Positions 11,901 to 23,595 of a stretch of 35,106 nucleotides of DNA are shown here, one piece after another; positions within the stretch are counted from its first letter, which is position 1, and every line of letters starts with the position of its first letter. The stretch is from positions 1-35,106 of the forward strand of contig SKHR01000140.1 in assembly GCA_007116865.1 (NCBI GenBank). The letters are read 5' to 3'. The stretch is from Marinospirillum sp. (GTDB taxonomy: Bacteria > Pseudomonadota > Gammaproteobacteria > Pseudomonadales > Halomonadaceae). The position numbers and the translations under genes were made by a program. The notes under the pieces were generated by a model, which was not told the origin of the DNA, made no database searches, and saw nothing but the letters and a program-made list of their open reading frames with translations.

Positions 11901-13182
11901 TTCGGGTGCCCTGGCAGTTGCCGATGCTCAAGGACGTGAACGTGAATACTACAAGCTGCCTTATGGTGCTGAAATCAGCGTCAATAATGGCGAAGCGGTG
12001 GAAGCGGGTCAGATCGTTGCCAAGTGGGATCCACACACGCATCCCATCGTGGCTGAGGTGGCCGGTCAAGTACAGTTCGCTGATATGGAAGATGGCATCA
12101 CCATCAACCGTAATATCGATGATTTGACGGGTCTGTCTTCGATTGAAATCATCGAAACCCAGCACCGTCCGGTCGCCGGTAAAGACAAGCGTCCGATGTT
12201 GCTGCTGCTGGATGCCAAGGGCAAGGAAATCACACTGCCCGGCAGCCAAACGCCCGTGCAGTACATTCTGCCTGGCAAAGCGGTGGTCACGCTGGAAGAC
12301 CGAGCACAGGTCAAGGTTGGTCAGATCATTGCGCGGATTCCGCAGGAAACCGGCGGTAACAAGGATATCACCGGGGGTCTGCCTCGCGTGGCGGACTTGT
12401 TCGAAGCGCGTAAGCCCAAAGAGCCTGCGATTCTGGCCGAGATCAGTGGCACCATCTCGCTGGGCAAGGAAACCAAGGGCAAGCAGCGTATTGTGATCAC
12501 GCCGAATGATGGTGGTGATCCAACCGAGATCCTGATTCCCAAGTGGCGTAAGATCAACGTGTTTGAAGGTGAAACGGTTGAGCGCGGCGAGGTGATCTCG
12601 GATGGCCCATCCAACCCGCATGACATCCTCCGTTTGCTGGGTGTCAGTGAGCTGGCCAAGTACATCACCAATGAAGTGCAAGAGGTTTACCGCCTCCAGG
12701 GTGTTGTGATCAACGATAAGCACATCGAGGTCATCGTGCGTCAGATGCTGCGTAAAGTTGAAATCCTTGAAGCCGGTGACTCAAGCTTTATTGCGGGTGA
12801 ACAGGTTGAATACTTCAAGGTGATTGAAGAAAACCAGCGTCTGAATGCGGACAACAAGTTCGCAGCGCGTTTCGAGCGTCTGCTGCTGGGTATTACCAAG
12901 GCATCTTTGGCGACCGAATCGTTCATCTCGGCGGCTTCCTTCCAGGAGACCACACGAGTACTGACCGAAGCGGCCGTGACCGGCAAAAAAGACTACTTGC
13001 GTGGCTTGAAAGAAAACGTGGTTGTTGGCCGCTTAATACCGGCTGGCACCGGCCTGGCTTATCACTCACAGCGTCGTCGCCGCCGTGAAGAGCAGGCAGC
13101 AGTACTGGCAGGTCCAAGTGCCAGTGAAGTCGAAGCGGCTCTGACTAGTGAGCTTTCGGCTTTGGACCAGGGCGAAGACTAA
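8968..13182 (+). CDS. rpoC: RNA polymerase beta' subunit
   Basis: Zn-binding CLCGKY...CEKC and catalytic NADFDGD. Confidence 0.99.
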   Translation: MKDLVNILRTQGQPEEFESLKISLASPDMIRSWSFGEVKKPETINYRTFKPERDGLFCAKIFGPVKDYECLCGKYKRMKHRGIICEKCGVEVTQAKVRRERMGHIELASPVAHIWFLKSLPSRIGLMLDMTLRDIERVLYFESFIVIDPGMTTLEKGQLLNDEQYFDALEEFGDDFVALMGAEAIQELLKDIDLNDEIETIREEIPQTSSETKLKKLTKRLKILEAFRDSNNQPGWMVMEVLPVLPPDLRPLVPLDGGRFATSDLNDLYRRVINRNNRLKRLLELSAPDIIVRNEKRMLQEAVDALLDNGRRGRAITGSNKRPLKSLADMIKGKQGRFRQNLLGKRVDYSGRSVITVGPTLRLHQCGLPKKMALELFKPFIFAKLEARGLATTIKAAKKMVERELPEVWDILAEVIRQHPVLLNRAPTLHRLGIQAFEPVLIEGKAIQLHPLVCAAYNADFDGDQMAVHVPLTLEAQLEARALMLSTNNVLSPSNGEPIIVPSQDVVLGLYYMTREKVGALGEGRMLSGIDEAERGYATGHLSLHARVRARVEETVKEIEGEPMSRTFIADTTVGRLLLFRVLPKGLPFELVNLPLTKKAISRLINEAYRRVGLKDTVIFADQLMYTGFRYATWSGCSIGVNDFVIPEEKASIVAEAEAEVKQIEQQFASGLVTQGEKYNKVIDIWSKANDKVAKAMMAGISKEKAVDRQGVEHEQDSFNSVFIMADSGARGSAAQIRQLAGMRGLMAKPDGSIIETPIVANFREGLNVLQYFISTHGARKGLADTALKTANSGYLTRRLVDVAQDLVVTEEDCGTEEGLVMHPIIEGGDIIVPLSQRVLGRVVAQDVVSAETGEVVIPKDTLLDEKWCNRLDTLSVDEIIVRSAITCETRFGVCSKCYGRDLARGHQVNVGEAVGVIAAQSIGEPGTQLTMRTFHIGGAASRASAADSVQVKHGGSIRFHNLKVVDRDDGKLVAISRSGALAVADAQGREREYYKLPYGAEISVNNGEAVEAGQIVAKWDPHTHPIVAEVAGQVQFADMEDGITINRNIDDLTGLSSIEIIETQHRPVAGKDKRPMLLLLDAKGKEITLPGSQTPVQYILPGKAVVTLEDRAQVKVGQIIARIPQETGGNKDITGGLPRVADLFEARKPKEPAILAEISGTISLGKETKGKQRIVITPNDGGDPTEILIPKWRKINVFEGETVERGEVISDGPSNPHDILRLLGVSELAKYITNEVQEVYRLQGVVINDKHIEVIVRQMLRKVEILEAGDSSFIAGEQVEYFKVIEENQRLNADNKFAARFERLLLGITKASLATESFISAASFQETTRVLTEAAVTGKKDYLRGLKENVVVGRLIPAGTGLAYHSQRRRRREEQAAVLAGPSASEVEAALTSELSALDQGED

Positions 13183-13185
13183 GTG

Positions 13186-13215
13186 AAAAGGGGGTGTTCA
13201 ATGCGGACACCCCTT
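13186..13215 (+). terminator. Hairpin after rpoC (weak U-tract on + strand)
   Basis: GGGGTGTTC-AATGC-GGACACCCC stem; A-tract upstream, only TT downstream. Confidence 0.5.
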
Positions 13216-13243
13216 GACCTCTTGCCTCGTCTGACCGTAGAAT
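13214..13243 (+). promoter_or_regulatory. Putative str operon promoter
   Basis: TTGACC-18bp-TAGAAT followed by GCGC discriminator, about 90 bp before rpsL. Confidence 0.7.
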
Positions 13244-13293
13244 GCGCTTCCTCAAAAGAGGGGATAGGTGCGTCTATCCATTTTGTCTGTTGA

Positions 13294-13707
<414 letters not shown>

Positions 13708-13726
13708 TCAATTTATTATTAACGTC

Positions 13727-14258
<532 letters not shown>

Positions 14259-14276
14259 ACTCAAGGGAGGCCCAAA

Positions 14277-16382
14277 GTGGCACGTAAAACTCCAATTAAT
14301 CGTTACCGTAACATTGGTATCTGTGCACACGTTGATGCGGGTAAAACCACAACAACTGAGCGCGTACTTTATTATACCGGTGTCAACCATAAGTTGGGTG
14401 AAACGCACGATGGTGCGTCGACCACCGACTGGATGGAGCAAGAGCAAGAGCGCGGTATCACCATCACTTCTGCTGCAGTGACCACCTTCTGGAAAGGCAT
14501 GGATCACCAGTTTGAAGAGCACCGTGTCAACATCATCGACACCCCGGGGCACGTTGACTTCACGATTGAAGTTGAGCGCTCCTTGCGTGTTCTGGACGGT
14601 GCAGTCGTGGTTTTCTGTGGTTCTTCAGGGGTTGAGCCTCAGTCTGAAACGGTTTGGCGTCAGGCGACTAAGTATGAAGTCCCGCGTCTGGTCTTTGTGA
14701 ATAAGATGGACCGTTCTGGTGCGGATTTTGAGCGTGTTTTGGGTCAAATCAAAACCCGCCTGGCTGCGACCCCGATCGCTATTCAGCTCAATATTGGCGC
14801 AGAAGATGAGTTCGAAGGTGTGATTGATCTGATGCGCATGAAGGCCATCTACTGGAATGAAGCAGACATGGGTATGACCTATGAGCTGCGTGATATTCCA
14901 GCAGAGCTAGCCGAGAAGGCTGAGCAGTATCGCGAGCAGATGATTGAGGCGGCAGCCGAAGCCAATGAAGAGTTGATGGACAAATACCTCGAAGGCGGTG
15001 AGCTGTCAGTCGAGGAAATCAAAGCCGGTTTGCGTCAGCGCGTCATCAATAACGAAATCGTTCTGGCGATGTGTGGCTCTGCCTTTAAGAACAAAGGCGT
15101 TCAGGCTATGTTGGATGCGGTTGTTGAATATCTGCCTGCGCCCGATGAAGTGCGTGCGATTGAGGGTGAGCTGGAGAACGGTGAGGTGGCCACGCGTCCT
15201 GTCGACGACAAAGAGCCCTTCGCAGCCCTGGCTTTCAAAATCGCAACCGACCCCTTCGTAGGAACCTTGACGTACATTCGGGTTTACTCTGGCGTGCTGG
15301 AAACTGGCTCCGCTGTGTATAACTCGGTCAGACAGAAAAAAGAGCGGATCGGCCGTTTGGTGCAAATGCATGCCAACAACCGTGAAGAGATCAAAGAAGT
15401 TCGCGCGGGTGATATTGCCGCCTGTGTGGGCCTGAAAGATGTCACTACCGGTGATACGCTGTGTGATATCAATAACAAGATTGTTCTTGAGCGCATGGAG
15501 TTCCCTGATCCGGTGATTTCGGTTGCGGTTGAGCCAAAATCGAAAGCAGACCAGGAAAAAATGGGTATTGCCTTGGGTAAACTGGCCCAGGAAGATCCTT
15601 CTTTCCGCGTGAAGACTGATGAAGAGTCGGGTCAGACTATCATCTCAGGTATGGGTGAGCTGCACCTGGATATCATCATCGACCGGATGCGTCGTGAGTT
15701 TAAAGTTGAAGCAAACATTGGTAAACCGCAGGTTGCCTACCGTGAAACGATCCGTAAGGGTGTTGAGCAGGAAGGTAAATTTGTTCGCCAGTCAGGTGGT
15801 CGTGGCCAGTATGGTCACGTCTGGCTGAAAATCGAGCCTTTGACTGACAAGGGTGAAGATGGCGAAAAAACCTACGAGTTTGTCAATGAAGTCGTGGGTG
15901 GTGTGGTGCCGCGTGAGTACATTCCTGCAGTGGATAAAGGCTGTTACGAGCAGCTGCAGAATGGTGTTCTGGCCGGCTACCCAATGATCGACGTTAAGGT
16001 CACCATCTATGATGGTTCTTACCATGACGTTGATTCGAACGAAATGGCCTTTAAGATTGCCGGCTCTATGGCAATCAAAGAGGGAGCCAAAAAAGCAGGT
16101 GCTGTACTGCTCGAGCCGATGATGAAGGTCGAAGTGGTCACCCCCGAGGAGTACATGGGCGACGTCATGGGCGACTTGAACCGCCGTCGTGGTCTCGTGC
16201 AAGGCATGGACGATTTGCCCTCAGGCAAGGTCATTCGTGCCAAGGTGCCGCTGGGCGAAATGTTTGGTTATGCAACCGACCTGCGCTCTGCGACCCAGGG
16301 TCGTGCTAGCTACTCTATGGAGTTCTCTGAGTACTCAGAGGCGCCAGCTAGCATCGTTGAAGCCGTTATTAATCAGAAGTAA
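14277..16382 (+). CDS. fusA: Elongation factor G
   Basis: GTG start; [23 protein letters not shown]; 701 aa. Confidence 0.99.
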   Translation: MARKTPINRYRNIGICAHVDAGKTTTTERVLYYTGVNHKLGETHDGASTTDWMEQEQERGITITSAAVTTFWKGMDHQFEEHRVNIIDTPGHVDFTIEVERSLRVLDGAVVVFCGSSGVEPQSETVWRQATKYEVPRLVFVNKMDRSGADFERVLGQIKTRLAATPIAIQLNIGAEDEFEGVIDLMRMKAIYWNEADMGMTYELRDIPAELAEKAEQYREQMIEAAAEANEELMDKYLEGGELSVEEIKAGLRQRVINNEIVLAMCGSAFKNKGVQAMLDAVVEYLPAPDEVRAIEGELENGEVATRPVDDKEPFAALAFKIATDPFVGTLTYIRVYSGVLETGSAVYNSVRQKKERIGRLVQMHANNREEIKEVRAGDIAACVGLKDVTTGDTLCDINNKIVLERMEFPDPVISVAVEPKSKADQEKMGIALGKLAQEDPSFRVKTDEESGQTIISGMGELHLDIIIDRMRREFKVEANIGKPQVAYRETIRKGVEQEGKFVRQSGGRGQYGHVWLKIEPLTDKGEDGEKTYEFVNEVVGGVVPREYIPAVDKGCYEQLQNGVLAGYPMIDVKVTIYDGSYHDVDSNEMAFKIAGSMAIKEGAKKAGAVLLEPMMKVEVVTPEEYMGDVMGDLNRRRGLVQGMDDLPSGKVIRAKVPLGEMFGYATDLRSATQGRASYSMEFSEYSEAPASIVEAVINQK

Positions 16383-16418
16383 TTTTAAACTCTGCCGTTA
16401 ACTGAAGAGGTTATCGTT

Positions 16419-17612
16419 GTGGCTAAAGAAAAATTTGAACGTAGTAAACCCCACGTAAACGTTGGCACCATTGGTCACGTTGACCATGGTAAAACCACTC
16501 TGACTGCTGCTCTGACTCGCGTTTGTGCTGAGGTTTGGGGTGGTTCGGCCGTTGCTTTTGATGGTATCGATAACGCGCCTGAAGAAAAAGAGCGTGGTAT
16601 CACCATCGCAACTTCACACGTAGAGTATGAGTCTCCTACTCGTCACTACGCGCACGTCGACTGTCCTGGTCACGCTGACTATGTTAAAAACATGATCACT
16701 GGTGCGGCACAGATGGATGGCGCGATCCTGGTTTGTTCTGCAGCGGATGGCCCGATGCCCCAGACTCGTGAGCACATTCTGCTTTCACGTCAGGTTGGCG
16801 TACCTTACATCGTTGTGTTCATGAACAAAGCCGACATGGTTGACGATGAAGAGTTGTTGGAGCTGGTTGAGATGGAGATCCGTGATCTGCTGTCTACCTA
16901 TGAGTTCCCTGGCGACGACACCCCAATCATCATCGGTTCTGCGTTGATGGCTTTGGAAGGTAAAGACGACAATGAAATGGGTACCACCGCTGTTAAGAAG
17001 CTGGTTGAAGCCCTGGACAGCTACATTCCTGAGCCTGAGCGTGCGATTGACAAGCCTTTCCTCATGCCAATCGAGGACGTGTTCTCTATCTCTGGTCGCG
17101 GTACGGTTGTGACGGGTCGTGTAGAGCGCGGTATCGTCAAGGCCGGTGAAGAAATCGAGATTGTTGGTATTAAAGACACCACCAAAACCACCTGTACGGG
17201 TGTTGAAATGTTCCGTAAGCTGCTTGATGAAGGTCGTGCAGGTGAGAACATTGGTGCACTGCTGCGTGGCACCAAGCGTGATGACGTTGAGCGTGGTCAG
17301 GTACTGGCTAAGCCAGGTTCGATCACTCCTCACACTGTCTTTGAAGCAGAAGTTTACGTTCTGTCTAAAGACGAAGGTGGTCGTCACACGCCTTTCTTCA
17401 AGGGCTACCGTCCTCAGTTCTACTTCCGTACCACTGACGTGACCGGAAGCTGTGAGCTGCCAGAAGGCGTCGAGATGGTCATGCCTGGCGACAACGTCAA
17501 GCTGGTTGTGACTTTGATCGCGCCAATCGCGATGGAAGATGGTTTGCGTTTCGCGATTCGTGAAGGTGGTCGTACCGTTGGTGCTGGCGTTGTTGCCAAA
17601 GTCATCGAGTAA
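16419..17612 (+). CDS. tuf: Elongation factor Tu
   Basis: GTG start; [28 protein letters not shown]. Confidence 0.99.
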   Translation: MAKEKFERSKPHVNVGTIGHVDHGKTTLTAALTRVCAEVWGGSAVAFDGIDNAPEEKERGITIATSHVEYESPTRHYAHVDCPGHADYVKNMITGAAQMDGAILVCSAADGPMPQTREHILLSRQVGVPYIVVFMNKADMVDDEELLELVEMEIRDLLSTYEFPGDDTPIIIGSALMALEGKDDNEMGTTAVKKLVEALDSYIPEPERAIDKPFLMPIEDVFSISGRGTVVTGRVERGIVKAGEEIEIVGIKDTTKTTCTGVEMFRKLLDEGRAGENIGALLRGTKRDDVERGQVLAKPGSITPHTVFEAEVYVLSKDEGGRHTPFFKGYRPQFYFRTTDVTGSCELPEGVEMVMPGDNVKLVVTLIAPIAMEDGLRFAIREGGRTVGAGVVAKVIE

Positions 17613-17633
17613 TTGATCCCTGAGCATTCGGTT

Positions 17634-17666
17634 AGAGGGCCTCTCGTTTGAGAGGCCCTCTTTCTT
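17634..17666 (+). terminator. Terminator after tuf
   Basis: 12-bp perfect stem AGAGGGCCTCTC-GTTT-GAGAGGCCCTCT followed by TTCTT. Confidence 0.8.
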
Positions 17667-17678
17667 GTAAATATTCGT

Positions 17679-17708
17679 TTGACAGGCGTTGTTTTGCAGC
17701 ACTATAAT
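17679..17708 (+). promoter_or_regulatory. S10 operon promoter
   Basis: TTGACA-18bp-TATAAT ending 62 bp before the rpsJ start. Confidence 0.8.
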
Positions 17709-17770
17709 GCTGCTCCTTTTTTGGTGCAGCCGTGGCTGCATCGTGTGTGTCCGTATCGGAGCATTGAATA

Positions 17771-18082
17771 ATGCAAGACCAAAAAATCCGTATTCGGCTG
17801 AAATCGTTTGATCATCGACTGATTGATCAGTCTGCGCTGGAGATTGTTGAGACAGCCAAGCGCACTGGTGCTCAGATCAAGGGTCCGATTCCTCTGCCGA
17901 CTCGTAAAGAAAAATTTACTGTGCTGATTTCTCCGCACGTAAATAAGGATGCTCGTGATCAGTACGAGATCCGCACTCATAAGCGAGTGCTGGATATCGT
18001 CGAGCCAACTGAAAAAACAGTTGATGCTCTGATGAAGCTCGAACTGGCTGCTGGTGTTGATGTGCAGATCAGCCTGGGTTGA
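17771..18082 (+). CDS. rpsJ: 30S ribosomal protein S10 (NusE)
   Basis: [37 protein letters not shown]. Confidence 0.99.
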   Translation: MQDQKIRIRLKSFDHRLIDQSALEIVETAKRTGAQIKGPIPLPTRKEKFTVLISPHVNKDARDQYEIRTHKRVLDIVEPTEKTVDALMKLELAAGVDVQISLG

Positions 18083-18134
18083 TCTGTCGCTCGTAATGCG
18101 TGGTTCGCGTCGTGAGGCGCCATACAATTGAGAG

Positions 18135-18185
18135 AGTGGAATGCCCTGGAAAAGGCAGCCATAGCGGGTGATAGCCCCGTACACT
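18135..18185 (+). promoter_or_regulatory. Candidate cis-regulatory RNA mimicking 23S rRNA H18-H20 (L4/L24 site) upstream of rplC
   Basis: AGTGGAATGCCCTGGAAAAGGCAGCCATAGCGGGTGATAGCCCCGTACACT; stems AGTG/CACT, TGCC/GGCA, GGG/CCC; colinear with recalled 23S domain I sequence; ends 3 nt before the SD AGGAG. Confidence 0.7.
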
Positions 18186-18200
18186 GATAGGAGACATGAA

Positions 18201-18842
18201 ATGGCTCTTGGTTTGATCGGTAAGAAAAGCGGTATGACCCGCATTTTCACCGAAGACGGCGTTTCTATACCCGTCACCGTGATTGAAGTCACGCCAAATC
18301 GCGTTACCCAGTTGCGCACCCCTGAGGTCGATGGATACTCAGCTGTGCAGTTGACTGTGGGCGAGCGTAAGGCCAAGCATTTGACTAAGGCGCAAGCTGG
18401 TCACTTTGCTAAAGCCAAGGTTGAGGCGGGACGTACTCTACGTGAGTTTAGAGTTGATGCAGGTGTTGAATTGCCTGAAGTTGGCTCTGAGCTGAGCGTT
18501 CAGATTTTCGAAGCTGGTCAGTTGATTGATGTGACCGGCACCTCTAAAGGTAAGGGCTTTCAGGGCCCAGTCAAGCGCTGGAACTTCAGTACGCAAGACG
18601 CTACCCACGGCAACTCACTTTCCCACCGTGCACCGGGTTCGATTGGTCAAAACCAAACACCGGGTCGCGTTTTCAAGGGCAAGAAGATGGCTGGCCAAAT
18701 GGGTAATGAGCGTATGACCGTTCAGTCCCTGGAAATTGTGCGTGTTGATGCAGAGCGTCATTTGCTTCTGGTTAAAGGTGCCGTCCCCGGCGCAACCGGA
18801 AGTGATGTGATCGTGCGTCCCGCAGTCAAGGCTCGCAGCTAA
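18201..18842 (+). CDS. rplC: 50S ribosomal protein L3
   Basis: Start reassigned to ATG 18201 (SD AGGAG at 18189-18193); [25 protein letters not shown]. Confidence 0.98.
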   Translation: MALGLIGKKSGMTRIFTEDGVSIPVTVIEVTPNRVTQLRTPEVDGYSAVQLTVGERKAKHLTKAQAGHFAKAKVEAGRTLREFRVDAGVELPEVGSELSVQIFEAGQLIDVTGTSKGKGFQGPVKRWNFSTQDATHGNSLSHRAPGSIGQNQTPGRVFKGKKMAGQMGNERMTVQSLEIVRVDAERHLLLVKGAVPGATGSDVIVRPAVKARS

Positions 18843-18856
18843 GAGGAAAGCGATCT

Positions 18857-19462
18857 ATGAACCTGAATCTAGCCGGAGCACAGGGTACTGTTGAAGTATC
18901 TGATGCGACCTTTGGAAAAGAGTTTAACGAGTCACTTGTTCATCAGGTGGTCGTCGCTTACTTGGCGGGTGCTCGTCAAGGAACACGTGCGCAAAAGTCT
19001 CGTGCTGAAGTCAGTGGCGGTGGTAAGAAGCCTTGGCGTCAGAAGGGAACGGGTCGTGCGCGTTCTGGTACTGCGACCTCTCCAATCTGGCGTAAAGGTG
19101 GTGTCACCTTTGCTGCTAAGCCGCAAAACCACAGCCAGAAAGTGAACCGCAAAATGTATCGTGCAGCGATGCGCTCAATCCTCTCAGAACTGGCTCGCCA
19201 AGAGCGTCTGGTTGCTGTCGAGTCAATGAGTGTTGAGGCGCCGAAGACTCGTTTGTTGGTCAATAAGTTGGCGGAAATGCAGCTGGACAAGGTGTTGATT
19301 GTCACTGCTGAGATGGATGTCAATTTGTACTTGGCTGCCAGAAATCTACCGAATGTAGAAGTCATTGAGGCGCAGTCTGCTGATCCGGTCAGCCTGATTG
19401 CCTACGATAAAGTGCTGGTGACTGTGCCTGCGCTGCGTCAGTTCGAGGAGAGATTGGGATGA
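18857..19462 (+). CDS. rplD: 50S ribosomal protein L4
   Basis: [22 protein letters not shown]. Confidence 0.99.
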   Translation: MNLNLAGAQGTVEVSDATFGKEFNESLVHQVVVAYLAGARQGTRAQKSRAEVSGGGKKPWRQKGTGRARSGTATSPIWRKGGVTFAAKPQNHSQKVNRKMYRAAMRSILSELARQERLVAVESMSVEAPKTRLLVNKLAEMQLDKVLIVTAEMDVNLYLAARNLPNVEVIEAQSADPVSLIAYDKVLVTVPALRQFEERLG

Positions 19463-19755
19463 ACCAGGAGCGCGTATTTAAAGTGCTGCTCGGTCCACAT
19501 ATGACCGAGAAGGCCGCTGTGCTGGCAGATGCAAAAAGCCAGTATGTGTTTAAGGTGGCTTCTGATGCGACCAAGCCTGAAATTAAAAGGGCTGTAGAGC
19601 AACTGTTTGATGTGAAAGTCGACTCTGTCCGCGTGGTCAACACCAAGGGCAAAACACGACGCACACTGCACGGTCTCGGTCGTCGTAAAGGTTTCCGCAA
19701 GGCGTATGTCAGCCTGGCGGAAGGTCAAGCGATCGATTTCGCTGATGCGGAATAA
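19459..19755 (+). CDS. rplW: 50S ribosomal protein L23
   Basis: [34 protein letters not shown]. Confidence 0.99.
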   Translation: MNQERVFKVLLGPHMTEKAAVLADAKSQYVFKVASDATKPEIKRAVEQLFDVKVDSVRVVNTKGKTRRTLHGLGRRKGFRKAYVSLAEGQAIDFADAE

Positions 19756-19771
19756 GGCAAGGGGTTGAATC

Positions 19772-20596
19772 ATGGCAGTCATTAAAGCTAAGCCGACTTC
19801 ACCCGGTCGCCGCCACTTGGTTAAAGTGGTGAACAAGGATCTGCACAAGGGTGCGCCTTATGCGCCTTTGCTGGATACCAAGCGTAAAACGGGCGGCCGT
19901 AACAATAATGGACGTATCACAACGCGTCACATTGGTGGTGGTCACCGCAAGCACTACCGCATCGTCGATTTCAAACGGAATAAAGATGGTGTGCCAGGTG
20001 TGGTTGAGCGTCTGGAATATGATCCAAACCGTTCAGCTCATATCGCGCTGATCAAGTATATGGATGGTGAGCGTCGCTACATCATTGCACCTAAGGGTTT
20101 GCAAGCGGGCGCAAGCATCCAGTCTGGTATGGACTCACCGATCAAGGTCGGTAACTGCATGCCATTGCGTAACATTCCAGTGGGCTCCACGGTTCACTGT
20201 ATTGAAATGAAGCCTGGCAAGGGTGCGCAGTTGGCACGTTCTGCTGGTGCCTCAGCTCAGCTGGTCGCACGTGAAGGGGCTTACGCCACTCTGCGTTTGC
20301 GCTCCGGTGAGATGCGTAAGGTGCTGGTCGACTGCCGCGCTACGCTGGGCGAAGTTGGTAATAACGAACACAGCTTGCGCGTTTTGGGCAAGGCCGGTGC
20401 GAGTCGCTGGCGCGGTGTTCGCCCCTCTGTTCGTGGTATGGCGATGAACCCGGTTGACCACCCACATGGTGGTGGTGAAGGCCGTAATAAAGGTAAGCAG
20501 CCAACAACGCCTTGGGGTGTACCAACCAAGGGTTACAAAACTCGCAAAAACAAGCGCACGAATCATTTGATTGTTCGTCGCCGTAAAGCGAAATAA
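19772..20596 (+). CDS. rplB: 50S ribosomal protein L2
   Basis: [21 protein letters not shown]. Confidence 0.99.
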   Translation: MAVIKAKPTSPGRRHLVKVVNKDLHKGAPYAPLLDTKRKTGGRNNNGRITTRHIGGGHRKHYRIVDFKRNKDGVPGVVERLEYDPNRSAHIALIKYMDGERRYIIAPKGLQAGASIQSGMDSPIKVGNCMPLRNIPVGSTVHCIEMKPGKGAQLARSAGASAQLVAREGAYATLRLRSGEMRKVLVDCRATLGEVGNNEHSLRVLGKAGASRWRGVRPSVRGMAMNPVDHPHGGGEGRNKGKQPTTPWGVPTKGYKTRKNKRTNHLIVRRRKAK

Positions 20597-20615
20597 CGAA
20601 TAAGGGGATACCGCT

Positions 20616-20891
20616 GTGCCTCGTTCACTGAAGAAAGGTCCTTTCATTGACCTTCATCTGCTGAAAAAAGTGGAAGTTGCGGTCGAAGGCAACGACAAAA
20701 AGCCAATTAAAACCTGGTCGCGTCGTTCAATGATCATTCCAGATATGATCGGCCTGACCATTGCTGTCCACAATGGACGCCAGCATGTACCGGTTTACAT
20801 CACTGAAGAGATGGTCGGTCACAAGCTGGGTGAATTCGCTGCTACCCGCACTTATCGCGGCCATGCAGCTGACAAGAAAGCCAAGCGCTAA
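20616..20891 (+). CDS. rpsS: 30S ribosomal protein S19
   Basis: GTG start; [17 protein letters not shown]. Confidence 0.99.
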   Translation: MPRSLKKGPFIDLHLLKKVEVAVEGNDKKPIKTWSRRSMIIPDMIGLTIAVHNGRQHVPVYITEEMVGHKLGEFAATRTYRGHAADKKAKR

Positions 20892-20902
20892 TCCGGGAGG
20901 TC

Positions 20903-21238
20903 ATGATGGAAGTAGCCGCTAAATTGCGTGGTGCCCGCATGTCTGCACAGAAGGCGCGCTTGGTTGCTGATCAGGTGCGTGGCAAGAAGGTTGCGGATGC
21001 ATTGAATCTGCTGACCTTCAGCCCTAAAAAGGCTGCCAGTGTGGTCAAGAAGGTTCTCGAGTCTGCGATTGCGAATGCTGAGCATAATGAAGGTGCAGAT
21101 ATTGATGAGCTGCGTGTCTCTACCATCATGGTAGATGAAGGCATGACCATGAAGCGCATTAAACCGCGTGCAAAAGGTCGTGCAGATCGCATCTTCAAGC
21201 GCACTTGTCATATTACTGTCAAAGTTGCAGACCGGTAA
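20903..21238 (+). CDS. rplV: 50S ribosomal protein L22 (start may be 20906)
   Basis: [26 protein letters not shown]. Confidence 0.98.
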   Translation: MMEVAAKLRGARMSAQKARLVADQVRGKKVADALNLLTFSPKKAASVVKKVLESAIANAEHNEGADIDELRVSTIMVDEGMTMKRIKPRAKGRADRIFKRTCHITVKVADR

Positions 21239-21249
21239 GGAGTTACCCG

Positions 21250-21951
21250 ATGGGTCAGAAAGTCAATCCAACAGGCATTCGACTGGGTATCGTCAAGGAT
21301 CATACCTCTAACTGGTATGCCGAAGGCGCTGCTTATGCCGATAAGCTAAACAACGACTTGCAGGTGCGTAGCTTCTTAGAAGAGCGTCTCAAGCAAGCCG
21401 CTGTCAGCCGCATTCAGATTGAGCGTCCTGCCAACAATGCTCGCATTACCATTCACACTGCCCGCCCAGGCATCGTGATTGGTAAAAAAGGCGAAGATGT
21501 TGAGCGCTTGCGTCAAGATGTGTCTGACATGATGGGTGTGCCTGTGCACATCAATATTGAAGAAGTCCGCAAGCCTGAGCTTGATGCGGCTCTGGTCGCA
21601 CAGAGTGTGGCTGGTCAGTTAGAGCGTCGTGTGATGTTCCGTCGCGCGATGAAGCGAGCTGTCCAAAACGCCATGCGTCTGGGTGCCAAGGGCATCAAAA
21701 TTCAGGTCGGTGGTCGTCTGGGTGGTGCCGAAATCGCACGCACTGAGTGGTATCGTGAAGGCCGCGTGCCTCTGCACACTCTTCGTGCTGATATCGACTA
21801 TGCCACAGCTGAAGCCCACACTACTTACGGCGTCATTGGCGTGAAAGTGTGGATCTTTAAAGGCGAGATCCTGGGCGGGATCGAAGAGGTGCGTGCGAAT
21901 GCAGCGAAAGCTCAGCAGCCAAGCGCGCCTAAGAAGAAAGGTTCCAAGTAA
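21250..21951 (+). CDS. rpsC: 30S ribosomal protein S3
   Basis: Start reassigned to [13 protein letters not shown] (SD AAGGAG upstream); [13 protein letters not shown]. Confidence 0.98.
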   Translation: MGQKVNPTGIRLGIVKDHTSNWYAEGAAYADKLNNDLQVRSFLEERLKQAAVSRIQIERPANNARITIHTARPGIVIGKKGEDVERLRQDVSDMMGVPVHINIEEVRKPELDAALVAQSVAGQLERRVMFRRAMKRAVQNAMRLGAKGIKIQVGGRLGGAEIARTEWYREGRVPLHTLRADIDYATAEAHTTYGVIGVKVWIFKGEILGGIEEVRANAAKAQQPSAPKKKGSK

Positions 21952-21962
21952 GGGGATAGTCG

Positions 21963-22376
21963 ATGTTACAGCCCAAGCGTACAAAATTCCGCAAGATGCA
22001 TACAGGCCGCAACCGTGGTCTGGCAAATCGCGGTAATAAGGTGAGCTTTGGTGAATTCGGTCTGAAAGCCACCGGTCGTGGACGTCTCACTGCTCGTCAA
22101 ATCGAAGCAGCGCGCCGTACCATGACACGCCATATCAAGCGTGGTGGTAAAATCTGGATCCGAGTTTTTCCAGACAAGCCAGTTACTGAAAAGCCGTTGG
22201 AAGTTCGTATGGGTAAAGGTAAGGGTAACGTAGAGTACTGGGTAGCCCTGATCCAGCCCGGCAAGGTTCTGTACGAAGTAGAAGGTGTGTCAGAAGAACT
22301 GGCACGTCAAGCCTTCGCTTTGGCCGGTGCCAAGCTTCCTATCCCGACCACTTTTGTTAAACGGACGGTGATGTAA
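21963..22376 (+). CDS. rplP: 50S ribosomal protein L16
   Basis: [18 protein letters not shown]. Confidence 0.99.
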   Translation: MLQPKRTKFRKMHTGRNRGLANRGNKVSFGEFGLKATGRGRLTARQIEAARRTMTRHIKRGGKIWIRVFPDKPVTEKPLEVRMGKGKGNVEYWVALIQPGKVLYEVEGVSEELARQAFALAGAKLPIPTTFVKRTVM

Positions 22377-22567
22377 TGAAAGCTCAAGAACTGCGTGGAA
22401 AGTCCGCTGACGAGCTTAAGGAGCAGCTGCTCAGTTTGCAGCGTGAGCAGTTCCAACTGCGCATGCGCAAGGTCACTGGTCAGTTGGGTCAGTCCCATCT
22501 GCTCAAGCAACTGCGTCGCGATATAGCACGCGTTAAAACCGTGCTGAACGATAAGGCAGGTAACTAA
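22376..22567 (+). CDS. rpmC: 50S ribosomal protein L29
   Basis: [19 protein letters not shown]. Confidence 0.98.
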   Translation: MKAQELRGKSADELKEQLLSLQREQFQLRMRKVTGQLGQSHLLKQLRRDIARVKTVLNDKAGN

Positions 22568-22568
22568 A

Positions 22569-22835
22569 ATGGCCGAAGTCGAAAAGAAAGCCAGAACTGT
22601 CACCGGCAAGGTGGTCAGCGATAAAATGGACAAAACTGTCACCGTCATGATTGAGCGCAGTGTGGCTCATCCTCTGTATGGTAAGTATGTTCGTCGCTCC
22701 ACCAAGCTACATGCACATGACGAGTCGAATGAGGCTCGCATGGGTGACACCGTAACCATTCAGGAAAGTCGTCCGCTGTCTAAGTCGAAATCCTGGAAAC
22801 TGGTTGAGATTGTTGAGCGGGCGAAGGAAGTCTGA
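22569..22835 (+). CDS. rpsQ: 30S ribosomal protein S17
   Basis: [26 protein letters not shown]. Confidence 0.99.
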   Translation: MAEVEKKARTVTGKVVSDKMDKTVTVMIERSVAHPLYGKYVRRSTKLHAHDESNEARMGDTVTIQESRPLSKSKSWKLVEIVERAKEV

Positions 22836-22875
22836 GTAGCTCAGGCCCCTACCGCTTTAAGTTTGGAGATAACAA

Positions 22876-23244
22876 ATGATTCAGACGCAATCAATGCTGG
22901 ATGTTGCCGACAACAGCGGCGCGCGTCGCGTCATGTGTATTAAGGTGCTCGGTGGTTCCCATCGTCGCTATGCACGTGTTGGTGACATCATTAAGGTCAC
23001 CGTTAAAGATGCCATTCCGCGTGGCAAGGTGAAGAAAGGCCAGGTTCTCAAGGCTGTTGTGGTCCGCACCAAAGCACCGGTACGCCGTCCGGACGGTTCT
23101 GTTATTCGCTTTGATGGCAATGCTGCCGTCATTCTGGATAACAAGGATGCGCCGATGGGCACCCGTATTTTCGGACCGGTGACCCGTGAGCTGCGTGGCG
23201 ACAAGTTCATGAAGATCATTTCCTTGGCACCTGAAGTGCTGTAA
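22876..23244 (+). CDS. rplN: 50S ribosomal protein L14
   Basis: [26 protein letters not shown]. Confidence 0.99.
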   Translation: MIQTQSMLDVADNSGARRVMCIKVLGGSHRRYARVGDIIKVTVKDAIPRGKVKKGQVLKAVVVRTKAPVRRPDGSVIRFDGNAAVILDNKDAPMGTRIFGPVTRELRGDKFMKIISLAPEVL

Positions 23245-23260
23245 GGAGCGAGGCCCGGTT

Positions 23261-23578
23261 ATGCGTAAAATCAAACGTGACGATGAAGTTATCGTCATTG
23301 CAGGCAAAGACAAGGGTAAGCGTGGCACCGTCAAGCGTGTTCTAAAGGACGACCGTTTTGTGGTCTCCGGTGTGAACATGATCAAACGTCATACGCGCCC
23401 AAACCCCTATGCAAATCAGCCTGGCGGCATCATTGAGCGCGAAGCGCCCATTCATGCCTCCAACGTTGCCATCTTTAATAAAGAAACTGGCAAGGCTGAC
23501 AGAGTAGGTTTCAAGGTCCTGGAAGACGGTTCCAAGGTACGTATTTATAAGTCGACTCAAGCCGAGATCGACGCCTAA
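23261..23578 (+). CDS. rplX: 50S ribosomal protein L24
   Basis: KOW motif [24 protein letters not shown]. Confidence 0.99.
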   Translation: MRKIKRDDEVIVIAGKDKGKRGTVKRVLKDDRFVVSGVNMIKRHTRPNPYANQPGGIIEREAPIHASNVAIFNKETGKADRVGFKVLEDGSKVRIYKSTQAEIDA

Positions 23579-23595
23579 TCAAGTCAGGTATCAGC

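Noticed and set aside
16785-17741. Long antisense ORF (318 aa) opposite tuf, and similar ones opposite rpoB, rpoC, rplA, rplJL, rpsJ-rplC and rpsMK
   Set aside because: Shadow ORFs expected from strong codon bias in highly expressed genes; no SD or recognisable motifs
18135-18185. Interpreting the 23S-like segment as an rRNA gene fragment or assembly chimera
   Set aside because: Similarity is confined to one 51-nt protein-binding domain, with stem-preserving differences and an intact rplC SD right after it; this fits a selected mimic better, though read mapping would settle it
18168-18200. N-terminal extension of L3 in the ORF track (likewise for S3, S5 and S13)
   Set aside because: Downstream ATGs have proper SDs and match conserved N-termini; the L3 extension is the RNA element itself
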